Made by a program: the position numbers and the translations under genes. A stretch of DNA of 35,559 nt from Dimargaris cristalligena. Lineage: Eukaryota. This document shows, one piece after another, positions 21,121 through 33,114 of this stretch; position 1 is the stretch's first letter; every line of letters begins with the position of its first letter. The notes beneath the pieces are model-generated. The model had not been told where the DNA came from. It worked only from the letters and a program-made list of their open reading frames with translations, and did not search any database. Location of the stretch: contig ML002377.1 of assembly GCA_003614675.1 (NCBI GenBank), positions 1 to 35,559 on the forward strand, written 5' to 3'.

Positions 21121-22358
21121 CTGAGTCTAGGAACCAAATGGGGATACTTGAAATTATATATCCCGCTCATATATATATATATATATTAAAAAAAATGCAA
21201 CAAGTGCAAATATGAGACCAGTTGTACGGCCATTTAAGGATTTGCCAGAAATTACCCTCAGTTACCCCACACTTACTTTCACTCACCTTCACCTCCCTTC
21301 CCACTAAACTTCGCTGTACTTTTTATTTTATCTTTTGGAATTTTTGCGCAATATTATAAATGTATAATCCCTCCGAGTTTTGTTTTTCTGGTTATTAATA
21401 CATTCCAGTATCAAATATGCAATAGTGTAGCTAAAAACGAAATAAATGGCAAAGTGACTACCGTAATGAACCGTGATACATTGTCACGCTTGGGCTGAGG
21501 TTGGACATTACCATGGCCACTGAGCGTGGTAGGGTTTTGCCAAATAAACTAGCTATAAACACTCTTATTTTACTAGGACATAATGGCCCCGGGATGACGT
21601 ATACCATTCGCCACTTTATACCCTGGGTTCGATTGGGCTTGTAACTGTTGGATGTCTTTCGGGCGGTTGTAAAATGGTGCTACTCTCCTCTCCATCCCGT
21701 GGACTATGATGGTATAGTAGTGTGTCATTTAACTGGCCAACTGCCACCAACTCTCCATCAGGAGGCCCTTCTTAACAACCCCGATAGTTATTTTATGCAG
21801 CCCACTCTCTCATTACTATTCGCAATTGTCCGGGGAGTAGGATTATGCCCAAGTCCTCCCATAACGCCAAACCAAATTCTAGTGACTCAGTTCGTTCATA
21901 ACTGCCCATATATCCAACTATACTCTCGTCTACTTAATAAACTACCCTGCTCCAAATAATATGATTGAGATTTAATCAAAAACCAATGAAAATTATGAAC
22001 CAAAAAATGAAATAATATATGATGGGTGGGGCGGAGGAACCGAGTCCTATTGTACATTGGAATAGGAGAGAGTGATATAAAAAAGGGACAGGTGCAATAA
22101 AGTATAGGAAATTCCCCAAAGGTAATAAATGTGTTAGTATGTAAAAAAGAATAAATAAAAAAAGAAAGAATAGAAAGGGTAACGAACCCATTTAAAGGGG
22201 CCGAATGCAAAATTACGTAAGCCGGTGGTATACGCACCCGTGTGAGTGGTTTGTGAATCAAACCTAAATGACGGCCATTAGCCAATGAGTAGGTGAAAAT
22301 CCAACTACTACTACTACAGCCACTGACTTATCCGCAGGGGGGGATGTAGCCGGGTCAA

Positions 22359-24187
22359 TTAGTGGATATGGTCGTGGTAATGCATGCCATGGAACCCGGT
22401 GGATCGACGGTACAAGAACTTCTCAGGTGCTGAGCGGGTGGGCTGGTGAGTGGAGTCATTCTGAATGGCCTTGGTAACGGAATCGATGTCGAGGTCCAGA
22501 GCCTTGATGATAAAAGTGCCAATGTCAGTATTCTCGTGGTTTCCGCGCAGATAATCGGCCCCAGTCCCGTGGGCGTACAAATTGACGTCTACACCTGTGT
22601 GGCCGTGGGTAGTCCAACCGATCAGAGCCCGGGTACTGATCATGCTGGTAAGCTTGTTGCGAATTTCGTAGTAGTCGATGGCACTGTTCAGCACCTTGAG
22701 CTCGTCCTCCGTGGCGTCCTTGATACCCATCCAGCCAAGTACAGATTTTTTGATGAAGCGATTGCGGTCTTTCGGAGCGATGGCGGTCAATTCGAGGGCC
22801 ACATTCTCCATGCTACGCTGTACGGGCTCAATGGCCTCGGGGCGCCACAGGTATTCGGGGTAGGTGCTGTTCAGCTGGCGGCCGACCGTCAGACCACCGG
22901 TTTCGTGGTCACTGACCGAAACCATGACTGTGCCCGGGTTATCATTGACGAATTTCTTGACCACCTCGATGGTCTGCCAATAGGCCTCCACGTCGTGGGC
23001 GTGGGCGGCGGGGTCGTTGGCATGGGCCGCCATGTCGATACGGCTACCTTCGATCATAAGGAAGAACCCCTCGGGCTTACCCTCGCTGGCGTGCTTGAGC
23101 AGTTGAAGGGCTTTGTCGGCCATTTCGCTGAGATGTGGCTGATCGGTACCCGCCCGATCAATTTCGTATTCCATGTGGTCGTCGGAGAAGAGACCCAGCA
23201 GGGGGAGTTTGTAATTGGAGGGACTGATTTTCTGCAGTTGTTCGCCGTTGGACAGGTGCGTAAACCCATACTCTTCCTGGGCAGCCTTCAGCACGTCGAC
23301 TTCATCCGTGCGACAGCTGTTAGGGGTGCTCATGGGGACAAAGTGACAACGCCCGCCACCGAGCATCAGGTCAACGGTTCGACCGAGGGAGTAATTACCA
23401 ATCTGGTATTGGGCAATCAGGTCCTCCATGTTACGGTTCACAACGTGAGCGGAAAAGGCGGCCGGGGTGGCGTGAGTGATGCGACTGGTAGCCACCAGAC
23501 CGGTAAGAAGACCCTTCCGCTTGGCGGCTTCCAGAACCGTACCGCAGGCTTTGCCTTCGGGATCGACACCAATGGCCCCGTTGTAGCTCTTCATGGCGCA
23601 GGAAAAGGCGGTGGCACCGGCGGCCGAGTCGGTTACCAGACTGTTGGACGAGCGAGTCCGGGAGGCCCCGACCAAAATCTCATCAAGAGGGGACTGCCAG
23701 GACAGGTCTTTGCCGTGGACAAATTGGTAATAGTTGCGGGCAAAGGTTTCGGAAGCGGGGCCGAAACCGTCGGAAATCATCATGATCACATTGCGGGCCC
23801 GGGGCTGTTCGCCTTCACGTTCTCCGCCCTTGTCATAGCCGGACCCGTTGGCCAGTGTGTAGCCGGCGGCACCCACCAGCATGAGGGTGGCCAGCATACC
23901 AATGCCCCAGATGATTTTAATCTTCATTGAGCGCTGTGGAGTATGGTTGGGATACGGATAAGTCGTAAGCGAGTAACGAAGAGAGGGGTGGGTAATGAAA
24001 TTGGGAGGGGTGTTGAAAGACCAGCGGATTAAAGGGTTAGTGATAAGATGTTGCAAAATTCAGTACAGATGAAATGGCAGGTGTACCCCCGAGTATTTAT
24101 GGAACGAACCCGCTCAGGATTGCGGTTGCCGGCGAACTTCACCGCGGTCACCCATTCCCGCAGCTGCCCTAACCCGTAAAGTGACAT
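22359..24187 (-). CDS. PHO8: Alkaline phosphatase, Pho8-like type II membrane form; join(24110..24187, 22359..23933), ~550 aa
   Basis: MISDGFG, VTDSAAGATA (catalytic Ser), THATPAAF, IEGSRID, SDHETGG, GHTGVDV, and an N-terminal hydrophobic anchor IIWGIGMLATLMLVGAAGY. The predicted 176-nt phase-0 intron 23934..24109 (GTTCGT...CACAG) adds a 26-aa cytosolic exon. An alternative in-frame ATG lies at 24265. Confidence 0.92.
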
Positions 24188-25376
24188 AATACCGGTAATC
24201 GAAATCGAAGGAATGATGGATGGTGGCGACCGAGAAGAATGCCAAGGTATGCGAGGAGAACGCATTTTTCAGTCCGACTAGGTAGGACAGTGCAGGAAGG
24301 GGCAACTGACGGACAAATCATTCGCCTCTAGGGAGGCCCAGGCCATAAGGGGTGCGGGAGGGGTACATACGCCCCCCCTTTTACCAAGCACCTGGGGGTA
24401 AAAGACGGTAATAACTGCCGAAAGAGAGAGGGAGAGAAAAAGTGCTTACATTGCGGTTGGTCTGGCCGTTAATGAGGCCGACCTCCTCACCCTGTTCGGG
24501 CGAGATGGGAACGGCGCGCGCTTCAGATTGCTCCATGGCAATGCCGGGGGACTAGTCACAAGAGGGCTTGGCTTGGCTGAATTGGGCTATAGACGAACTG
24601 GCGGGAGAGAGATGCGAACAGAGAAGCAGTAAGAGAGAAAGAGTATGCGGCAAGGGGAGAAGGCAAGGAGAGAGAGGACAAAACCAACAAAAATGATAAG
24701 GGGCAAAAGGAAGTAAGTTCCAAACAGGCACACCCACTCAAGCGAGATACGTGGTCCGAGTCGGTGGGGAATAAGGTCAAGCGAAAATTACTAAAGGGAA
24801 GGGAAGAGGCGGGAAAAAGGGTTGCGTAGCTTGGATAAACACAGGAATAGAACAGCGGGTTCAATGTACATGCATAGACAAGACTTGGGTCGATAGCAGA
24901 GGCAGGCAGGACACTGATTATATATATATATATACATACATGACAAGGCAATCCCCACGGCTGAGCAGGCGGTGGATGGGCATGCATACAAGCAAGCGGA
25001 TGGATTGTATGCGCACTTCATTCATTCGCATAGACGGTGGCGGTCCTACTACACGAGAGAACGAGTCACGATGGCTCGTCAATAGTGCAACCAGGAAGAC
25101 TGAATGCTGGCCTGCGCAGTATGATTGCCCTGCTCGTGGGACTCGGGGCCTGGCCTATCCATGTCTCTCTTCTTCTCTCTTCTTTATTTCTCTTTCTCTC
25201 GTTTTCGAGATAGTCAATATTATATGCCCCTCTGGATGGCCCCTTTAACGTCGCACTCATCCGCCCGAAGGCGACCCCGTCCCGTGACCGCGCCAATCCG
25301 TTTCCCCTGGCCGGTTACTAACCTACCCGACCTGTGACACACCGACCGCATTATCGACTGTATAGTTTATTGGGCT

Positions 25377-25401
25377 GAGAGGGGAGAGAGAGAGAGAGAG
25401 A
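25377..25401 (+). repeat. (GA)n microsatellite
   Basis: GAGAGGGGAGAGAGAGAGAGAGAGA in the divergent PHO8/DEK-like intergenic region. Confidence 0.7.
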
Positions 25402-26428
25402 GGCTCCCGGGATGACCGCAGGTCCGCTTCAAAATCTACCCTGGCATTATGGTATTAAGGGTCAGGACAACCCCCCCCCTTCAGCTAGGTAGGTGGGTAA
25501 CTAAGTGTAGCCCTTATGCACCGCCAAATAGGTTTATTTGTGGGTGAGAACAGCAGCAGAGCCGTCATCCACGCGGCGGTTTCAATGACCCTCCAGAATG
25601 ATGGCGAGGTAGTTGCGGGTATCGTCATTAACGAGAGACATCCACTATTACAGGTCAAATTATATGGGGCGGAACCCTCCAGGTAAGCTCCGATCCTAGC
25701 GAATGGGAGAGAGACCAAGGCGGGCTCTAATGCCATTAGTACGCGATGGTTTCAGGCGCGTGTCTTAGCCGGCTAACTACACCAGTTTCCTCCAGTGCCT
25801 TTCCCATCACCTCCCCTTTTCCCTTAAAGGACCTCAATGGTCCTGCCTAGCCCCGTTTTCCGGCTTGCTCTTGTTGGTTATTTCCATCACCTGTTTATAT
25901 TCTATTACATTATTATTTTACAGTTATAATTATATTCTCAGACCGTAATCACTGCCACTGCTTCGACGAAGCCCCCTCCCCGTATTTAGTCCCCCACTCG
26001 CCCCCCTGGCCTTTACTGAGAGCCTAAGCAGTCCAGCCGCACCGCGTTCCTTTTTTTTTTTCGCAATCTGCCTTTTTTCTGCTGGTTAGTTAACTTGTTG
26101 CGTGTCTTGCATACTATTGTATCGCCGTGTATTAAACGCGTTTTGGCTGCTGTGGTTCGTGTTTCGCTCGACTAGTCTTGCCTAGCGACCTTTCCTTTAC
26201 CCCCTCCCCTGTTTCTCTTTCCTCCTTTCTTTTCCACTCTTTACCCATCCCTTTATAGACCTCGGAACTTTGCTCCTCATAGTAGTGCGATCAGCCCCCT
26301 TCTCCATTGCTTAGTTAATTGGCTTCCATTTTCGCTACCTTCGGTCAGTCCGACTCTCATTTGACCGACCCTGTCCCACCGGTTCTTTCCCATCTTACCC
26401 CACCCCCACTTCGTTTTCTCGTGTCACC

Positions 26429-28939
26429 ATGACGAAGCCCACCGCCGCAAAGGCAGCTGATACCACCAAGAACCGTATCAAGGCCGAGTACACCCCGCGG
26501 GCTACGCGTACACGCACTCCCAAACAAGTGGAGCGCTACGAGGGCTCCCTTACTTCCGGGACCCGCCAGCCCTCATTCACTCCCACGGGTGAACTGGGTA
26601 CGCCTTCCACCAAACGCTCCCTTCGGGCCATTCCCGCCGGCCACGGCATTCCCCTGCGCGAATGGACGTCGTTTGCCAAACTCCTCAAGACCAAAAACTC
26701 CGACGATCTGCTCCACAGTCTCCACCGGGTTATTTACAACCGCCTGGGGGCCCACAATGAGTTCAAGAGCAACCTGCGGGACTTCAAGGGTATGGATCTG
26801 GAGCAGCTGGCCGACGTGGATGTGACCGCCTTCTACGACCTTGCCAACACCGCCGACGACAACGACCTCCTGCAGAGCCTCCAGGAAACTGACACCTACC
26901 GCCACTTCCACAGCCGTCTAGAAAAATGGACCGGCGGTCACCTGGCCGACGTCATTCGCTTGTTCAGCCTGACGCTGCCGCGGACCAAGGAAGAAAAGGT
27001 GGAAGCGGTGGTGCGCTTCCTCCTGCGCCCCGAGAAGACGGATAAGGCCAGTCGGGCCACGGCCATAGCCGCCAAGAAGAAGTCCGTCAAGGAGAAGGCC
27101 AAGGCGGATGCGGCCTCGAAGCGTAAATCCGCTACTCCCCGGTCCCCATCCGCTCGCTCGCGTCGCCCCGCATCCAAGGAGTTTGTCGACAGTGAAGATG
27201 ACATCTCGGATGAAGACGAAGCCGAGGCGGATGGCCACGATGATGATGATGATGATGGCGATGAGGAGTCGACCGCTCATGAGGATACCATGGACGAAGA
27301 CGAGGACGAGGATGCGTCCGAGGTTATGGAAACCCCCACCAAGAAGCGGCCGACCAAAGTCGTCCCGGCTACTCCCAGCCGGACCCCTAAACGCAAGGCT
27401 ACCGCCGGCCCCGTCGCTGAACCCATTCCCAAAAAGAGCGACTCCGCCGCCCGGGATGAAGTGAAGACGCCCGCGGGTAAGAAACGTCGACTGGCGCCTG
27501 CCAAGTCGACCAAGACCGAGGAAAATTCTTCGGCTGATACCATGGATGTCGAGGCTACCCCGGTTCCCGAGGCCTCCAACGAGCCGGAGAAGAGTGCCCC
27601 GGAGTCGACCACTCTTACCGAAACCATCACTACCATCGCCGGCGAGGAAACCAACGAGGATATCCCGTCGGCCAAGTCGGCTACTAATGGCAAGCCCTTA
27701 GTTGAGGAAACCGCTACGGCTACTGCGGTGGAAACTACCGTGGAGTCGGTCGAGCCTACGCCTAAAGCTGTGGAATCCACCCCCAAGGCCACCTCTGCTG
27801 AGCCGGATGTTGCCACTGCCGCCGCCCTCATCACATCTGTGGATGAGATCCCTAGCCTAGTCAAGAAGTCGACGGATGCTACTCCTGACCTGTTGGCCGA
27901 CCCCACTGATACTGCCGCCCTCAATACCAAGAAATCAGAGCCTCTGGATTCGCAGGAAACCACCATTCGCAATGGATTCGTCACTCCCAACACGTCCAAG
28001 ACCTCGCCCTTGGCCAGTCCCAAGGCAGGTCCTACGGAACCTAAAACCGAGGTTGCTCCCGCGAAGGAAGCCGAGGCGTCTCAGCAATCCCCTGAACCAG
28101 CGGTGAAGCCCTCCACTTTATCCCATGCCGCTACGATCACCCCGGAGGTCACCTCCCCCGCCGTGGATAATACCGAAGCTGATGGTCTAGCTGATTCCGA
28201 TCCCGCCAACGACGACGTCAACAGCAGTGTCATTGCCCAGGAAATTGCCCAATCCGTGGCCGACGTGAACCAGGGCCCCACCATCGTTTCCGTGACCGAA
28301 ACGACCGAAACTACCATGGAGGTCGACCATTCCCCGCCCACGATTTCCGAACCCGAGGAGGAGAAGGATACCCAGGAAACCCCGGCTAAAGACCTCCCCG
28401 TCGAAGAGAATACTGCCGCCGCCCCTACGGCATCGACTCCCCCTCCGACTACCTCAGCCGCTATCCCCACTGTGACTTCCCCGTCGTCCAAAATTTCCTT
28501 CGGCGTGGAGCCCAAGGTGAACGATGTGTCGCTCGCTTTTGACTTTGCTCCTCAGGTTGGTGAAGCTACCTCGACCGTCAAAGCTACCCCCACTCATAAT
28601 GTCGCCCCGGGTCTGGAGCTGCCTACTACTACTACGGCCATTATTGATGACAAAGTGACCGACCCCCTGGTGCCCATCTCAACTATGGCCACGTCTTTGG
28701 AGCCCCTGGCTGCATCGGTGGCTGATTCCATCAAGGACCGTATCCGGCAATTGGTGCGCAGTACCCCGGTAGACCCGACTGAGTTGACGACCAAGGAAAT
28801 CCGGAACCAGCTGCTTGGTCAGCTTAAAAGTGAAGCCGACTCTAGTTTGACTCGGCAGGTCACGGATCGTATTACCCAGGTCAATGCGTGGATCGATGCC
28901 GAAATTGATGCCTTGAGTGCGGGTATCGGCGCTCTATAA
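26429..28939 (+). CDS. DEK-like chromatin-associated protein (836 aa, intronless)
   Basis: The N-terminal GHGIPLRE...LLHSLHRVIY..LG...FKSNLRDFKG and LEKWT..HLADVIRLFSL..PRTKEEKVEAVVRFLLRP resemble the DEK pseudo-SAP/SAP region. Basic and acidic tracts follow. The C-terminal IKDRIRQLVRST..TELTTKEIRNQL resembles DEK_C. A long T/P/E/A-rich linker lies between the domains. Confidence 0.75.
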   Translation: MTKPTAAKAADTTKNRIKAEYTPRATRTRTPKQVERYEGSLTSGTRQPSFTPTGELGTPSTKRSLRAIPAGHGIPLREWTSFAKLLKTKNSDDLLHSLHRVIYNRLGAHNEFKSNLRDFKGMDLEQLADVDVTAFYDLANTADDNDLLQSLQETDTYRHFHSRLEKWTGGHLADVIRLFSLTLPRTKEEKVEAVVRFLLRPEKTDKASRATAIAAKKKSVKEKAKADAASKRKSATPRSPSARSRRPASKEFVDSEDDISDEDEAEADGHDDDDDDGDEESTAHEDTMDEDEDEDASEVMETPTKKRPTKVVPATPSRTPKRKATAGPVAEPIPKKSDSAARDEVKTPAGKKRRLAPAKSTKTEENSSADTMDVEATPVPEASNEPEKSAPESTTLTETITTIAGEETNEDIPSAKSATNGKPLVEETATATAVETTVESVEPTPKAVESTPKATSAEPDVATAAALITSVDEIPSLVKKSTDATPDLLADPTDTAALNTKKSEPLDSQETTIRNGFVTPNTSKTSPLASPKAGPTEPKTEVAPAKEAEASQQSPEPAVKPSTLSHAATITPEVTSPAVDNTEADGLADSDPANDDVNSSVIAQEIAQSVADVNQGPTIVSVTETTETTMEVDHSPPTISEPEEEKDTQETPAKDLPVEENTAAAPTASTPPPTTSAAIPTVTSPSSKISFGVEPKVNDVSLAFDFAPQVGEATSTVKATPTHNVAPGLELPTTTTAIIDDKVTDPLVPISTMATSLEPLAASVADSIKDRIRQLVRSTPVDPTELTTKEIRNQLLGQLKSEADSSLTRQVTDRITQVNAWIDAEIDALSAGIGAL

Positions 28940-31682
28940 TTTTGGTCTGACCTCGTACTTTTTTAGCGTATGTTCTACCAATTAATTCCGGAGCCTTTGT
29001 CGTCGTAATTAATACTACTTGGTTTTGGACACCCCCCCCTTACTTTTCATAGCCTTACCTCACTCACTCACTTATATTTGGTCAGTGTTTCCGGCTAATT
29101 ATACGCGTATCCATTCATTATTTTGGCCAACCTTGTTTTCGCCCGACTCCCAACTTTTTTGCACATACAGCCACATTTTACAATAGTTCAATTTTGATCT
29201 TATATTTTCTTTTTAGGGCCCTTTTTTATCCTCGTAAATTTGTTTCTAACCTTTTACCATATCTAGGTCCGTTGATTGTCACACTAGTTTCTAAATGATA
29301 TTCTGTACACTTTTATGTATACAGAACCACGGTAACGAAGCCATAAACCCTCCCACGTAAAATCCGCTACTGTAGCCTGACCATAAGTTAGTGTTGCTAG
29401 ATTGCCTTGGTCGAATGTTGATGGCATAGAAGATGTAATCAAATTCGTCAGTGCAAACTGTCATGAGCATCTCCATCCGCTAAATTAGTGCTTTACTGAC
29501 CCGTTTCAATTCAGTTCGCGCAGTTAAGTATTATGTGGGCTCCTCTCTAAGGTCAAAAACACGAGTTATCTGCCTCTATTAGGGACCATTTAAGTGCTGT
29601 CGATTACAGGGTTGCAACTAGTACTCAACTAGTCCAATTCTTACCCCCGAAAAGGATACACCTGGTTGGGGGATGGGCGTGTCTCTAGAGGCGATGTCCC
29701 CTGCCTCAGGAAACGCGCCACTACTCATAAATGGCTGACTTAGTGGGGAACTATAATATATTAAATTTGAAATTTAGGGCCTACAATAATATCAAGGCGA
29801 GGTAGTAGTGGTTCCGTCGAACAGTCCACCAGTAAGATATAGAGCTCGGCTATCAGCATAACTGATGTGCAGTAGGATGAAACCAGCGCTTTTCGAGAAA
29901 TTCGGATGAAAATGACCTATTCATGTTGAGGTTTACGAGCATTTGGAAAAACCACCTACCCTAGTTTACGAGCTGTCAATTTTGTTAAACGACCATGTAT
30001 TATGGCAGATGTATGGAAACTATGTGACGTTGGAAATGGAATCTGAAATCTCAAAACAACTCCTTTGTGCCCCTCACTTCGAGACAGTCGACTGTGCTCA
30101 GTCTATCACTCTTTTAATTCTTTGACCATTCTACAATACGACCGGACAAATGGATTCGTAATCAATATATTCGTAAAAAAATACCGGATATTCTCGTTGA
30201 TATTTGATACGCTTGACTGATCCCACCACAACTATGAAGACCCTCGTCGACCTTACTGCTTCTATCCGGCTAACACACCCTATCCCTCCTGCCAGTCAAG
30301 CACCGCTCCCATCAATACCAATCAGGTCACTTAGAAATGGAGCCCAACCCCCCTCCCGCATCTCTAAACCTAGTGCCACGAAGTCGGAACCCAACGGTAG
30401 CAATATTCCGGTGATGTTTGTGGAATTAGTCACGAGTCACTTGGTGCGCCACCCTACTCTAAATTGGTTACGATCATTGTTGCTGATATTTTGGGGTATA
30501 GGCGGTATACCCCGACCTTTGCCGCGGGCAATAGTAACGGGGGGTCCAAGGCCTCGGGCGGGTGGCTGTGGAACACCGGCGATTTAACCCGTCCACTTGC
30601 TAGTTATCTCCAATAATTACTGACAAATATAACACTCCGTCCTCCTAGATGTTCGTGCTGATGACTTTTTTTTAAAATATATGTTCTAACGGGTCTATTA
30701 TTATCCCCTATTTCTGACCAGTTATGTTAGTTTATTTAGTTATTCTTTGTCCTCTCATTTTAGCCAATTAAACCGTCCCCCGCCAACTAACCTATTCAAT
30801 GAAACCAACCACCTGGAGGCACCTACCGTCCTCTAGCTGCTTTATCCCCTTCTATACAGCTTTATTGATATTTGTTTAGTATTTCCAACATTTGTAAGTG
30901 TTTCGATTGTTATGGGACTTGATGAGGAAAATAAATAGTATGGGCGGGGAAATTCCAGAATGGTCAGGTATGGTTCACAAAACTGTTATAGTACCTATGG
31001 GGCGTATGTTATAGGCTATATGAAAAGGTGGGGTGCTATGGGGAAGGGGGAGGGCAGGCGCTGTGTATTTCACCGCGAAGAATCATGGGTAAATATATCC
31101 CTACGGCTGTGCTCCATAAATTGCAAGAATCCCCGAAATCAGGTAGTATTAGCCAAAAAAGGAGGAAGTTGGCTATAGAATATATAAATGTGCAGTTTAA
31201 ATTCCATCTGCTGTTATGTAAATAGCTTGTTAATTAATTTAGTAGATATAGTGTCAATATATTTTGTTAGGTTTGTCTCGGAAATTAGCGATGCTCGACA
31301 GTCGTTACTTAAATCAATGTAGTTTAATAATTGCAACATAATTGTAAAATATTATTCACCACATAATACCAATAGAATTGTTGTGGTTTAACAGGGTTTA
31401 TTTTACTTTTATAGGCTGGCTCGTAGTCGACATTATAGAAGAAAGGTACATTCACTATAAACGAGGTGTCCTAAGGAATATTGCATTAAACTAGTAAAAT
31501 ATACGAAAAGTAAGCAACCCTTGGCTATAGCCAGATCATGGTAGTATCGAGGAAAGTCCGCACTAACAACCAAAATGGTGAATCGTATAAGACAGGTATA
31601 TAATGGTACATATATAAAGAGAGAGTAAAGGTTATCCGGATAGAAATATATATAGGAAAGGAAAAACTTCAGCTGAATTGAC

Positions 31683-33114
31683 TTAGTAAGAGTTGGCTGA
31701 AGGCGGGTAAGCTTGGTTGCGCACGGAATCCGGCATCGCATGGTAATAGCGATGAATTAATTGACCATTAACATTTAAATCCAAGGCCAAACCACCCACC
31801 ATTGAAAAGTATTCACACTGTGCTTTTTGGGGAGGCAAATTTGGGTTCCCTCTACACAGGGTGGCTTGCAGATTCTTCAGTCCACCCTCCATAGGACAAC
31901 TGCAGATGCGTTCCAAAGTGGCCGGATCCCTCATAATGGCGGCCGCCAAATTATCTTGATTGGATTGAGCGCCATACGCTACTGCTACTCGTAGACTATA
32001 GAAGCTATATTCGGCCAGGTGATTGGAGAGCCCCCCCAGTTCGGCCAGGGCCTTGATCAGTGTTTCAGGGGTTTTGGAGTCGGCTCGGGCTAACGTAAAT
32101 AGAGTATGCTCGGTGATGGTGCTCTCGAACCAGGCCTGAATATCCTTCAAGCGATTGGCTCCGTTAAACTCAACCATTCGGTTGGAAGCGCTATTACGTT
32201 GGGAGACCGTAGTAAGAGTCCTGTCCACCAACTGGGAAAGCTGAAGAAATCGTTCGGGCACCCACGGCGGCAGTTGGCGGTCGAAGGCATCCACAAAGGT
32301 TTCGGATTGCAGAATCTTGATGAGCTGAACTATTTGCTTGAGCATATTTTTTCGGGCCATGGTTTCCAGCGGCCAAAAGGTACTCGTGAACAAGTTTCGC
32401 TCACCTTCGTTGGTTACGGACATGGTAAAATCCATATTTCCGGATGATTGAAGCTCGTTGTGTAGAGACTCCACGGCCTTCTTTAACTCCGGGTTACTTG
32501 CGACGGCCGGAGGGTGAACCAACCGTCCTTCCATTGGCTTGCCGAAGTGTGGGTAGCCGAGCGCTTGCAGAGGTCCGTAAAGGTAGACCTCGAAAAAGCA
32601 GGGCCGAATGAGGGTGTCGATCAATGGCAGGATCCGGCCAAAATATTCATTCGTCTTTGCCTCGGAGCTAAGGATATCTAGCACGCTATAAACCTCAGGG
32701 ATAATGTCCACAGCCTGCAATCATATTAGAAACCCGGTCCACAAACCAATGGTGACAGTATAGGGCATTCGATAGCGTAGAGGAAGTTAGCTCCTGGGAT
32801 CTATTCAAATCAACAGTCAGTCACTGCTGGTTGGTCTACTGGCAAGATTACGTAGTACACAATTGGAGGGTGGCATTATTGTAGGCACAACTTACCGTTT
32901 TATAGCGTTTCTGGCGGAGCTTTATAACACTACCTGCTTTAGACTCGCTACCCACAACATCGTTCCATTCATTTTCGAGTAATTGGGGATTGCTTGAGGT
33001 TTCTTTAGGCGTTGAATGCATGAATCCGGGAAGAAAGCTCGCCCCCTGAGACACCGGTAGGTACTTCACCGCTACAGCCAAAGTGATGGTCAGACAGATG
33101 CTGTGGTAACGCAT
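31683..33114 (-). CDS. Hypothetical secreted protein; join(32896..33114, 31683..32714), ~416 aa
   Basis: Signal-peptide-like start MRYHSICLTITLAVAVKYLPVSQGA. The phase-0 intron 32715..32895 (ACG|GTAAGT...CTAAT..TTGCAG|GCT) joins the 88-aa and 345-aa ORFs. There is a C-terminal Cys cluster (ICSC, LCRG, QCEY) and a TA-rich TATA-like element at ~33184-33195. No known domain recognised. Confidence 0.7.

Noticed and set aside
21600-21650. GGTTCGATT T-loop-like motif (similar motifs near 8925 and 17080)
   Set aside because: No cloverleaf, acceptor stem or A box could be built, so no tRNA is called.
22446-23930. 494-aa + strand ORF antisense to the alkaline phosphatase
   Set aside because: It is an in-register shadow of a gene with strong codon bias, starts at GTG, has no motifs and is coextensive with the real CDS.
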